64,000 nt of DNA from Tubulanus polymorphus (Eukaryota; Animalia; Nemertea), in assembly GCF_964204645.1 (NCBI RefSeq), contig NC_134026.1:27500150-27564149 (forward strand), given 5' to 3'. The notes under the pieces were generated by a model, which was not told the origin of the DNA, made no database searches, and was given only the letters and a program-made list of their open reading frames with translations. Both the position numbers and the translations under genes were made by a program. This document shows positions 18,137 to 30,000 of the stretch, piece after piece (within the stretch, counting starts at the first letter, position 1; each line of letters starts with the position of its first letter).

Positions 18137-21100
18137 CTCTGAACTAATAATAATCTGTCAAAGTTACTTTTGCTTCTTAATGAACAATGTAACCATAGCA
18201 ACTTGTACAAAAAAGTGATAGTACGTCATCATCAAATGTCATCATAATAATTTCATGAAAAGTCACTTCAAATCATCACAGTTATATCCATCAGGCAAAC
18301 GCACCCATGATCAAAAACTAACTTCCAATTTTCTGAGGACTTTCTTATCTTTTGAACTGATGATGAATGCTGGATGCAGCGGAAATATCTCAGTTCACCC
18401 GGAAAAAGGCTAAATAAATAATAAAATACAAATACCCCGAGTTCCGAGTATTCGATGATACGAAAAGAGGGTACAAGTTGAAAGGATTTGTAAAACATAG
18501 TCGGTGCCTTTAACTGAAGTACTGATGATACCGTTAATAGACTGTTCAAAGGAATATTCTAGCTACAGATTTAGGTACAACAAGATTTATATCACCACTA
18601 AGATAACTATTTTAATCTTGGAACTGATTTCTTTTGATCAAATTTACCAGTTTACAACATAACAATCTTCCAATACAGATTTCTAGGAAATAAAGCTCAT
18701 TACATCTAGTGAATGATAGCATTTCATTCATGACAATATTTTTCGGTGATTAAAAGCAAGGAAGAAAATTTCTACTTTAATTTGAATTTAAATTAAATTA
18801 ATTAAAAATAAAGAAATTTTACCAATAAGAGAATTTTTTACTGTATCCAATAAATCTTACCATGTATCAGTAGAAAACGAAGCTGATCCCCTGTTGATCG
18901 GCAATCCTAAATCCTAGGACGTATAAGTCTAGCAGAGATAGTGACTGAGAGAGCTGCTTAGATATAACAGACATTCTCACACATCACTCTCTCTCTCCCT
19001 TCTAAGCCCCTCACTGAACGATCTAAATCAATACCTGTCTGGGTACTGGCGATAAGTGAAAGAGACATCTACCAACAATCGATGGAACTAAGTATCAATT
19101 GATGAGTCAGACATTATGCAAAATAATGAAGTACTGTTATTTCCGTCACAAAATTAACATTCTTTTTTCACCTTATTTTTATATAACTAGTGTCTCTACA
19201 ATAAAACATAGAGTGAGACAGTAGCAACAGCCCAATTACCTGAGGGTAATACACGACTGCGGACGAAGTTCACTCCCTGAAGAAGAATATCATTTGGATT
19301 TTTGTAAAGTACTGAGCACATGTTGTCTAAAGACATGCTATTTCGTGGACGGACCGAATCAGCTGAGGCAGGATTATCATGGAATGTTTCATTGTTACTG
19401 CTGCAGTTTATCATCATTTCTGTATATTACGTACTACCTGAAACGATATACCAATAAACCATCAATATTACGGGTTTTCAGCGCCTAGATCTAAGGGCCT
19501 CAGAAATTGCATATAGTAAATTGATAAGAGTCCCGAAGATGCCAAATGTGTACCTCCATGGAAAAAATGTGCACTTTAGATCCGCCCAATCATCCTCCCC
19601 TCCCCCTCCCCCCCAGATATCAAATAAACCATGGTCATAGAACTATATGCGTAGTTTAACGATTATGTTGATGCAATATGTTAGTAGTTCTAATTCTAAG
19701 CCTTGTAGCAAGCACCTAATATCCCACCTGAAAGTGAAATGACCTACCTACCTATAAGCAATCATATAACATTTCTAGCAAATGCAGAGAAGTCTTTTCT
19801 CCATGTCATTGCATGCATAAATCTCTTTATGTTACAGTACTGTGTAGAATAGCGCTGTATGCCATCTGATGCATACGTTTGAATGAAAAGCGGGTGTTTC
19901 CTACGTTTAATATGAAATGAATTACTCTGGTGACTCATATAGACACGTGCCGCCATACAACTCAGGTGCATTCACAATTGTTGAATTTCTGATGCTCATA
20001 AATTGAGAATGCTTTGCCATCATATGCGTCCTCAGAAAAGTCACTGACAGGAACAGATCTAGGGGTGTCTGTGACTCTGAATTTATTTCAAAATGCCCTC
20101 AAAAAGGAAACCATTTTAATTAAGGCTCTGACATTTTTGTTGGATCATAGTACAAGCTATATTGAAAAGTTCCAATTTTGCAGAATTTTTGTGAATGTCA
20201 ATTCTATTTGATCAGGAATATATTCTTACCTCGATTCCAGCACTAAAAGAAAAACTATCCAAGTGCCTTGATTTAATATAGAGTGACAGATGGATCGTTA
20301 TGCTTATATAACACATGCCTGCACCAAATTCAGCGGGTTTCCTATGTACACAATAATCAAACACCATAGACCTATATATAGCTTTCAGCGAATAATCAAG
20401 TGACACAGCACAATATATAAAACTTCATTCCTGATCAATAACTAGGCCTATGCCAAATATGTCTAATCTCTTTATTAACAAAAATAATTACCAGTGTATA
20501 AGAACATTCTTGGATAGCAGCTAAAATAAAGGGAGTTAGTTATCTGCTTAGAGGCCAGGGCATGATAATATCATTTGACATATGGCCTGTAGAGTGCTCT
20601 CAGTCTCATTTCGGCCCACGTACTTGTGCTGGAGGGGGGGGGCCAAAATTATGGGTCCTCCCGCTCCACTTAGTCCAATATTCTGCCATGCTGTGTTGAC
20701 ACAATAATACGATACCAGACCCAAAATGTCATACGAATCCTCTCTCGCATGAAAGAGAGCGTGAGAGTCTAACTCCCTAGACTAACACATGAACAGATGA
20801 CCATATATGATTATGTGGCCATATGTCATGAACAATCTCCATTCTCTCCAAAAAAGCATTCGAATTGACAAGATCATCAAATTTAACTTACAGGAGCTCG
20901 GATGAAAGTTGGCAACGATCGAGTTGTTATTCATATTGTAGACACAATCTATTTTGACGGTCCATCCGAGACCATTCAGTATCCGCGGCTGTTTTTTCCG
21001 GATAAAATCCATTTATCAGTTTATTGCGAAATTTATTTTGACATATTCGATGTTCGAGGTGGCGCCACATTCCGAGCACTCATTTCAAATTTCAATTTCA

Positions 21101-21341
21101 TAAAGAGAGCCTTACTGCGGCGAGTGGGGTTTGATAAGCGTTTCACTATTGGTCAAAAGTTTATTAAGCTCCGCCCATATTATGGCGCCAAACAGGTTGG
21201 GGTATGGTTCGAAACCTGATAATACTCTACCGCAAGCGGGCGCGTCTATTAATATTCTATTAATTTTTTTGCAATTTTATCAGGTTCTCTGAAGCCGTGT
21301 TTAGCCGTTTCTAAAAAGTAACCGGAAAAGTAATCCTTGCC

Positions 21342-21733
21342 TGGGTGCAGTTTCACGGAAAATATGGCTTAAACGGCTAATCTTAGGTAGAGAGTCTAGA
21401 TAATTAAAAATCCATAGAAGTAAAAAGAGTACAAATCTCATTTTCTAATGAGTAATGTATATTTATTATAGCGAACGTTTTCGGGAGTTACATTATCCCC
21501 TCTTCAAGCATAGCGCAAGTGATTAAATTTACATATCATACTGGTATTTAAGAAAAAGACGAAGCTAACTACAAACAATTTCAAATTTTCACATTTGCGG
21601 AAATCCTTCACGTATATTGCTCTCTGTTTTTCTACTGCGCTAAACGTTGAATTGTTGTCCTCTGAAGAAATGAAGTAACCAATGGCAATTACACCAAGAA
21701 TTTGAGTTTAACTTTTTTGTGAAACTGGGCCAA
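21342..21733. mobile_element. Degenerate non-autonomous DNA transposon relic
   Basis: Imperfect terminal inverted repeats: TGGGTGCAGTTTCAC versus the reverse complement of the right end, TTGGCCCAGTTTCAC. There is no clear TSD. Confidence 0.4.
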
Positions 21734-22024
21734 TGGAAACCAAAACCTTTTCCATAGAAAATAAATTTGTAATTTATGCATTCCACATAAAAAAATAAGC
21801 TCTTCTACGATAAGCTAAATGATCTAGTAGTGGATATTTATTGCATTCGTAATAATATCTATAAACACAAATTAATCCGGCGAAAATCTGAACAACGCAG
21901 GAAGTCGCGTTTTATGAAATGCAAATTATAAGATCGGATTTTTTAAAGAACACTGTTTAGAAAACTCTATCAGCCAATTCTTTTATAAAGCAGAGTATCC
22001 AAGGCAAATATTGCTTAACAGTTT

Positions 22025-22777
22025 TTAGTGGTGAGCACATCGTTGTAGTCTGGTTGCAACAACTGTCATTAGAATGTCGGGTTCCTCTGTGGAATTATTA
22101 CTCACATTCTCCAACGGTTCGGAGAGTTTATTTTCAGTTTGGGATGGATCTTCTGGTAAATTCCTTGTAAACCAAACCCCATCCACATCGCCACCCCTTA
22201 GAGATTTTCTGACGTTTTCAGCAAACTTTTTGTAATCGGCACCGTCCTCGATGATTGTTGATAGAGTATCCTCTAGATTTGGTTGGTAGAATAAAAACAA
22301 TATGCCTTGAACTAAATCTTCCAGAGTTGGCCGTAGTTCCCCTTCAAACCACTCATCTATTAGGGACAAACAAATGTTTGAATTGCTGCCCATATATGAC
22401 TGATCCGGATTCATGTTTGGATGGTAAATCGGTGTCAAGCAGTTGGCAGTCGGAGAAGTTAGAGGGTAATCATCGGCCAAAATCACCTTGATAATAAACA
22501 TATACAATTAATTACATTTGAGAAATAATTGAAGCGTAGCACGTGTACCGAGAAAATTCCGAGTTAAACGTGGCGGACTTACTTCAAATTCGAATGTACC
22601 ACCCTCATATAGTCCATCATTTGGTTTTATACGCAGTTTGAAACGATTAAGACAGTCATTTTCGCGAACGACAATTGCTTGATCGTTCGAGAAACTACCG
22701 ATATTCTTCATAAGTTGCATTGTTTCTTTTAACAACTGGCGATTCGTGGAAACCTCGAGATTATCGCAGTGATCCAT
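22025..22777 (-). CDS. Divergent ubiquitin-conjugating (E2) enzyme, most like Ubc12/UBE2M/UBE2F NEDD8 E2s. Exons 22583-22777 and 22025-22486
   Basis: Translation FKLRIKPNDGLYEGGTFEFE|VILADDYPLTSP...TPIYHPN...NICLSLIDEW...GILFLFYQPNLED contains the HPN motif and catalytic Cys. The 96-nt GT-AG intron is phase 0. Confidence 0.85.
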
Positions 22778-24099
22778 GAGATCCTCTCTCGGCAACCGGC
22801 AGGCCCGAATTGAGATAAGAAATAAATAGAAATTTACTCACGGGTATTTTGATGTCGCAACCGGTTAAATCGGCGATTGCGCCAGAGAATCGCGAAATTA
22901 CGTGCACCCGCTGTTACTGGTATGCGTAATCATGCCGTATAGTGCTGCCCTCATGTGTAGCTGTGGCACGTGTAGCTGAAACAGCAACACGCGTTATTTG
23001 TGGCGGGAGTTGATACAAACAGCCAAGGCGCTTACTCAATCGGTGTAACAGCTGTCTGCGCACCCTTGATTTGCATATACGAGCGGAGCTGGGCCTTGTT
23101 CGTAGAACTGGGTCAATCATAGGCGGTTTCGGCGGACTTATTGGGGATATTTTGAAGTATTGGAAAGGTAGGAATATGTTAAAACCATAGCGGATTACGT
23201 TGCGGTTATAATGTTCTAATTTTTACTGTGGATTATCATGCTGCAAAGGTAGATTTAATGGTTGAGATACACCGGCTTCTGGTTTAGTGTCTGGGATTTT
23301 TACGAGTTCCGTCATGCCCGCCGAACTGTCAGATTTGTATCGAATAACGTTTTCCTTACGTCATAGTAAATTTTATAGATTTATAAACATCGATGGCAGT
23401 GATAGAATTATCCAACCAAATAATTGATTGTCATTCTTTGGAAAGGAATATTTGCTTTGAAATATTTAAGATATTCTTGCTGGCGCGACGCCATTTTGAA
23501 TTAAAATGCCGTTCGTTCGTGCCATCGTCTGGTACACGGCTCGGGTCATGCGTCCGATGATAACAGTAACACGCCAAGCCAAAGTTTTTTAAGACAAAAT
23601 GAGTTATTGCGCTTTTGCAAATCGTTTCCCTTTGCTTTGTTATTTTGTTTAAAGGCTTCTAAATCCTTGAAAAGCGCTATGGAATTTATTTGGCATAGAT
23701 GGCAGCACCGTCGAGTGGGCAGGGCAGCTGCACTGAAAGACATTTGACATTATTCTCACGAAGTCAACCGAAAGATGCATTCCTTACTCGTTTTATGTTG
23801 CAGTACCAAATATAAGACCCAGATTTCCCGGTATTTGATGCCTGATTGTCCCCATGAAAAATTATGATAATTATAGATAATATGTATTGTGGTTGTCGTA
23901 TTGCAAACGTCACTGATTGAAGTCTATCTATATGGACATGGTCTCACTGACGTGACTGGTCCTATCTGAGTTGGTGCTGCTACCGGTACCAGAGTGTAGC
24001 TACAGCTCTTGGCCTGAAGGTTGAAGTACATGGCTGATTAGAAATTGGATTTATTTCATTTGTAGTTTTTAAGAAGGCAGCACTGGATATTTAGTAACA

Positions 24100-27000
24100 A
24101 TGACAGAAGCTCAGGTGAATGGCCCTGAAAATGGGGGCAAATTCATTGATTCTGTAGGTAGGTAACATTTTCATTAAACTGTTGTCAATAATCGTAAATG
24201 CTGGTTGAGGTGATGTTTTTCTCAAGACACATGAACACATTTTTCTCCCATCAATGACTATGAACTGAATGACTGCTCGCCAGTGGCGTTTATGCAGCAC
24301 TACTGAATTACCATGCTAATGGCTGTCATAAATTTTCATTATGCACTAGGGGTAACAGTAGTGGCAAAAATACAGTTATACAGTTGTTTCTAGTCTGACA
24401 ATGCATTCATGCTAGTATATAATATAATAAACCTAGTATTACAACTCAGCTGTGTTTGCTTTTGAACCAAATGTTATGTTACTTCTCTGTCCTTTTTGAT
24501 TTACAACTGACTCAAAAGTATTAGTGATACCCAGGCAGCTCAATTTGTATAGTACTGAATCTGAATAGTGAATAGTTGGTATCTTAAGAATCGAATTGTA
24601 TGCAATCATCATCTGTAACCTTCCAACTATTTTCTGTGTGTTATAACCTTGCTATCACTCTAATGATGGAGGTGGTTCTTGCGAACATCTGCAGTGAATC
24701 ATCTTCAGTACTGACTACTTGCGGCCTGATCAGATTATCATGATCCTTCCTGCCTGATACTAAGGGAACATTTTAAAATATGTTATTTACAGATCCTGAT
24801 GACCCAGAATATCAGAAAAATCTTCGACGTCCAGCCGAAATAAAGGAAGATGTTCGACAGATGGAAGCGAACAAACGCGTATCGCTCATTTTGAGCAGTG
24901 AGGCATTCCGAGAAGAGCTAGAAGAAATCATTGAAACACAAATTCGATCGGGTCCACACCCCGCTAGTTTAATAGCGTTACAACAGATTTCAGAATTGTT
25001 AGTTCCTACAAGCGGTGGTCGATCCGGAGCAGGGTCCGCTAGAAGTAAGATACCTTTCCATCGCAGTGTCAATGTTATTAGTTAAATTGTTTCTATTGAC
25101 AGATGTTCAGTGAATAGTTATATCAATGCATAAACATTCAGACTAAATTCTATCAGCGAGGACTGTATAATGTATGTATACGATAAAGCATTGTATTTCC
25201 ACATGCTGTTCGCTGAATAGTTTGCTGAAATGAAGAGAATCGTATTAAAACCTAAAACCATTCTTCGTACAAATTCATGATGAAATGAGACTAATTTCAG
25301 ACGTGCATATGTTATGATTTCAGGTGGTTATTCTAATGTAGTGATTCCAATTTCGGATATTCGTGGTGTTGGTTCTTTGAATTATAGCAAACAAGAGAAG
25401 TCTTTGCGAAATAAAGTGGCAGCATGTTACAGACTGGTTGACATGTTTGGTTGGTCCCAGAACGTATATAATCATATCACTGTAAGTACTTGTTTGTTTT
25501 ATGATTTCAGGTCTTCATTTCGGTTTAGTGGCTCCTATTTCGGATATTCGAGGTGTCGCTTCTTTGAATTATTCGAAACAAGAGTTGTCATTAAGGAACA
25601 AAGTGGCAGCTTGCTTTAGACTTATTGATAAGTATGGCTGGTCACGTAGTATTGACACTGGTGTCACTGTAAGTAGGAATTGCTTTAGACCCTATACCTC
25701 GGCGAAGGGTTACTCGCGTTATAATCCAACCTTTTATCCAATCCATGTAGCTTTATTCTAATCATGCATGAATCAATTTAAGTATGATTTTCATATTTTT
25801 ATCTTCATTCTATCTGTCCGTATTTAAGAACACCTTTTTCATCATCATCATCATCGAATTAACTGATTATAGCAGTTCTGAGCTAAAATGCTTAGCTTCA
25901 GTAAATAAGTATATATAAACCGGCAGCAATGCTACGTACTTTGGCTATATACAAAGCAGTATTGATAACCAGAGCTTGATCTGCAATCAATCATTTGCTA
26001 AAGAATCTATTTAAGTTTCAATAGTTAAGATTTTTGATAAGCTATCAAAAATGGTGAATCATCATTACTCTTGAGACTTTCTGAATAACCTTGAGTTGAA
26101 CTTAAATTTGCCTGTGATATTTAGGTGCGATACCCTATTATACACATTGGGCATCGGGTGTTAAAGACAGTAGGTTCAAGGTGTACCGGATCTGTGGCTG
26201 TAGTAGATTACACAGATATCCGGGTTGTAAAGAAAGATCGATATGCATCATTCATAGCTCTATCTCAGCTACACTTGGCTGGTTGCAGCACTAGATGTCA
26301 ACAGATGGTTGAGTAATTACTATGAGTCACTGTGAGTCAATCTCTATCAGGACAACTAGTTTTGATATTAATAATATTCATACAGTAACATTCATAATAG
26401 ATCTAGGTATTTGTTTTTCTGTCCCTGAAACATATTGAGATGCAAAATCAGCTTCTCAGATTATTGATTTCTATGCAGTGAAGAGGTATGTCTGGTATGA
26501 TTGATTTACTAGTGTTGCGGTAGAAGCAGCATTCTGGGCTGTGAGTAATAAATACTGCAGCCTTTACATGACTTGGCTATTACCTGATAGTCTTCTGCTA
26601 TGTATATGAGTAAAAAGCAAGTCAAAGAAGCCGTGTAAATACACTGCTAATACTACAGCTCTATGTAAGCTGATGGAGAACTGAAAATTTAGTATTTGAT
26701 TAGTTGCAATTTGTATGCTGGTACTGACATACATATGACTTCATTAGCATCTCATTATCTTGCTGCAAAAGTGTACAGCAAATATTAGACTACTGTATTA
26801 ATCTATTGCGAATGAGATGATAATTGTTGTATTAATGATTTAGTAAGTGTATCTATGAACTGGCATCTTCTTTGGAATATTTTGAATCAGTAGTAGTAAA
26901 GTATCGGTTCCTATACGTGGTACATTAACAACCAGCTGGTTCTGCTGCGCATTAAATGATAACCACACAATATGCTGTTGTAGATTGAAATGTAAAATCA

Positions 27001-30000
27001 ATAATAGGCTCATGCTCTATGTCTGCAACTATTTCGTAATGTTTCCGTTATAGACATCTTCTATTTCGTAATGTTTCCGTCATAGACATCTTCGAGTGAA
27101 CAGTCTAAAATGCCTTTAGACATCTTCGAGTGAACAGTCTAAAATGCCTTTAGGCTATATGAACCAGAACAAAGTCTGGCTATAGAACAAATATTTAGTC
27201 AGTGATGATATTGGTTTTAAGCCTACTGCCAAACAAAACATTCATTATGGGTTCTTCCCAGTCGGTGCAAGAATTTACTATGAATCAGATGTTTGTTTTG
27301 AAAGTTTGGGAAAAGTTTCATATATGCATCGACTGAAACACTTTACTTTTACTGTTATACTGGAACACAAGACCCCTCGATTAGATATATTTTACCATGA
27401 GGAATATACATATTTAGATGTTCAGGCTTTTGATCAACGCCAGTAGAACTGTAGGTAATAGTGTATTATGCACTTCAGACTTGCATTATCGATGAACAAT
27501 TCCAACAACTTATAACGCATATAGCGTTCTGTCTAAAGGTATTGAATTCATTGTTATTCTATAAAAATCATGTTTGGCCCTACATGATTGTATGAAAATT
27601 GTTCTTTGTGAACCGGTGTTTATATCCTCCGCATACATATTATTTGCAATATATGAAACATTTCTGAAGCAATTATATTCTGTGATATATTTTTTTAACT
27701 ATAATTGTCGCTGTGTGATCTATTTTATATGATTATCCTTCCTCTAAATTGACTGCTCGTTCTGTGATCTAATGAGATGTAAATAAATAATCTCAATTCT
27801 TATTAATGGAATACAAGTCACATTCACTAAATGACTCAATTGGGTACAATGTGAAGGTCAGTGACATTGAATTGACCTCTGCCTAATGCAGTCTACCCTA
27901 TTATTGGGTTTTCACAAAAGTTCATCTATTTTATGTATTGGTGTCATACATATTTGCATGGAATTTTATTTCATTCACTGGGACTATGAGCTACTTTCGT
28001 ATCACAGTGAAAATGGTCTGATCTGTGATTTCCTTGCTATTTTCAGGCCAGAATAAGCCAGGATACAGAACACTTCCTGATCAACCCATTCGGTTTGCTG
28101 TATCATGAAATAACTGCCTCAACTTTGGTGAAGATTGATATGAGGGGAGAAGTCCTCGACCCAGGATCTACAACATTAGGTGTAAACAAGGCAGGCTGGA
28201 TGATACATTCGGCTATCCACCAAGGTCGACCAGATATTAAAGCTATCATCCACATTCATACGCCAGCTGCTTCTGCTGTAAGAATACTTTTAAGCAATCG
28301 TCAATTCTATATCTGTCAACCCGAGCCTGTATGTTTATCGTGAGCGGTATTTCATTTTCAATTGACAGGTGTCCGCGATGAAATGTGGACTTCTCCCGAT
28401 TTCGCAAGAAGCTTTAGTCATAGGTGGAGTTAGTTACCATAGCTATGAAGGAATCTGCATCGACGCAGAAGAAAAAGAAACTTTACAAAGAGATTTAGGA
28501 CCCATTAATAAAGTGTGTAGAAGCATGTCTGATTTTGAGTAGACTTTAAGGATACTTTGCATCTAAATTTTGCATGTTTGATTTTTAGGTGATGATTTTA
28601 CGTAATCATGGTGCAGTAGCGTGTGGTGAGACAATAGAGGAAGCTTTCCACTATGCCAGAAATCTGATGGAAGCATGTGAAACACAGGTACGGCAACTGA
28701 GCTACATCTAGAATATTAAGTGAAATTTCAGCTGTGGACGAGACAAGATGATCACTAGCTGTCTCAAACTGTATTTTCTTTCATTATCGGTAAATGGATA
28801 TGGAATATTTTAGGTACGACTGGCCCCAATCGGACTGGATAATTTAATTCAAGTCGATGAAGAAACTCAGAAGAAAGTAGCCGAAACAGCCAGTAAAGGT
28901 GGTGGTGGTGTGAATATGAAATCAGAGGGTGGCAGAAAATGGAGAATTGGTGAATTAGAATTTGAAGCGCTGATGAGACAGTTAGATAATGCTGTAAGTG
29001 TTGAAATTTACCACTACATTATAGATATTTCATACATGAGCTGCTGCATGAGCATACTAAGTTTTGATTCTGCATTCCATTAGCTTTACGCATAATGATC
29101 CATTTAATAGCAGTTATTAGATTAAATTGTTTTTACTATCAGCAAAACCCACACATTCCTACATAGAGTTCATCCTTATCTGAACTAGTTCCTTCTTCTG
29201 ATTTTGATTTCCTGTTGTTAGATTGGGTCACGTAGATTTCAGATCCTTTACTCACTCCTATCTCTATGAGACACGACATTGCTTCTACTTAATGTTCTAT
29301 TAAGACTCAACAACTTAATATGGTTTCAGACATGACAATTAATCAATATTGAATCAATTGATAGAAAGGATTGATTTGAGATATAGGCTGTATAAGTCAG
29401 TAGGTAATTGATTCATCGGTAGATCAAGGAATGACAACTTAACAATTCGCTCACACTGTATAAACTTTTAATTTGATGTTAACTGTAACATTTCAAAGAT
29501 ACTTGATGTCATACTATAAAACCTAATGATCGAGTAATATGGGGATGGTACACTATATAAGTGTATGTATATGTATATCTAGTGAAGCTTGTTAATGGTA
29601 TGGATTACGCTTACATTCTGTGTCAATAGCAATTCATGCTCGCAGTGAAGGTCACTGTGTCAAGATCTAAATGTCTGATATGATATTGGCATGAGTGTAT
29701 GCTATTTATTGTATATTCATGCATGGTTTAATTATCCCTATGGTAAAACCTAATCATCATGAAATGAATCTTCCAGTAGCTGTATGATGACTAAAATGAC
29801 ATCTTGTGTAAAATTAATGAGTTCTGCTTCCAGACATTTTATGTGTGTACTTAATATCTGCCAACATTTAGAAATCAGTCAGTTGTTTATTTCATCTCAA
29901 TCTAAATAATCATTGACCTATTTGACAGTGCTGCTCCTGAAGAATCTTGACTTCCAGTGATGAATATGTTTTATTTATCTTACAGGGATACAGAACTGGA

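Noticed and set aside
18350-18400. CTGATGA...GAAA hammerhead-like spacing
   Set aside because: Stem I cannot form without consuming the catalytic core, and stem II is not adjacent to the core.
20902-21219. 105-aa ORF, and similar short ORFs at 776, 15779, 32244 and 55686
   Set aside because: They have no recognisable motif or consistent splice context, and such ORFs are expected by chance.
27200-27340. Possible intronic C/D-box snoRNA (GTGATGA...CTGA)
   Set aside because: There is no terminal stem outside the boxes and no recognisable rRNA antisense element.
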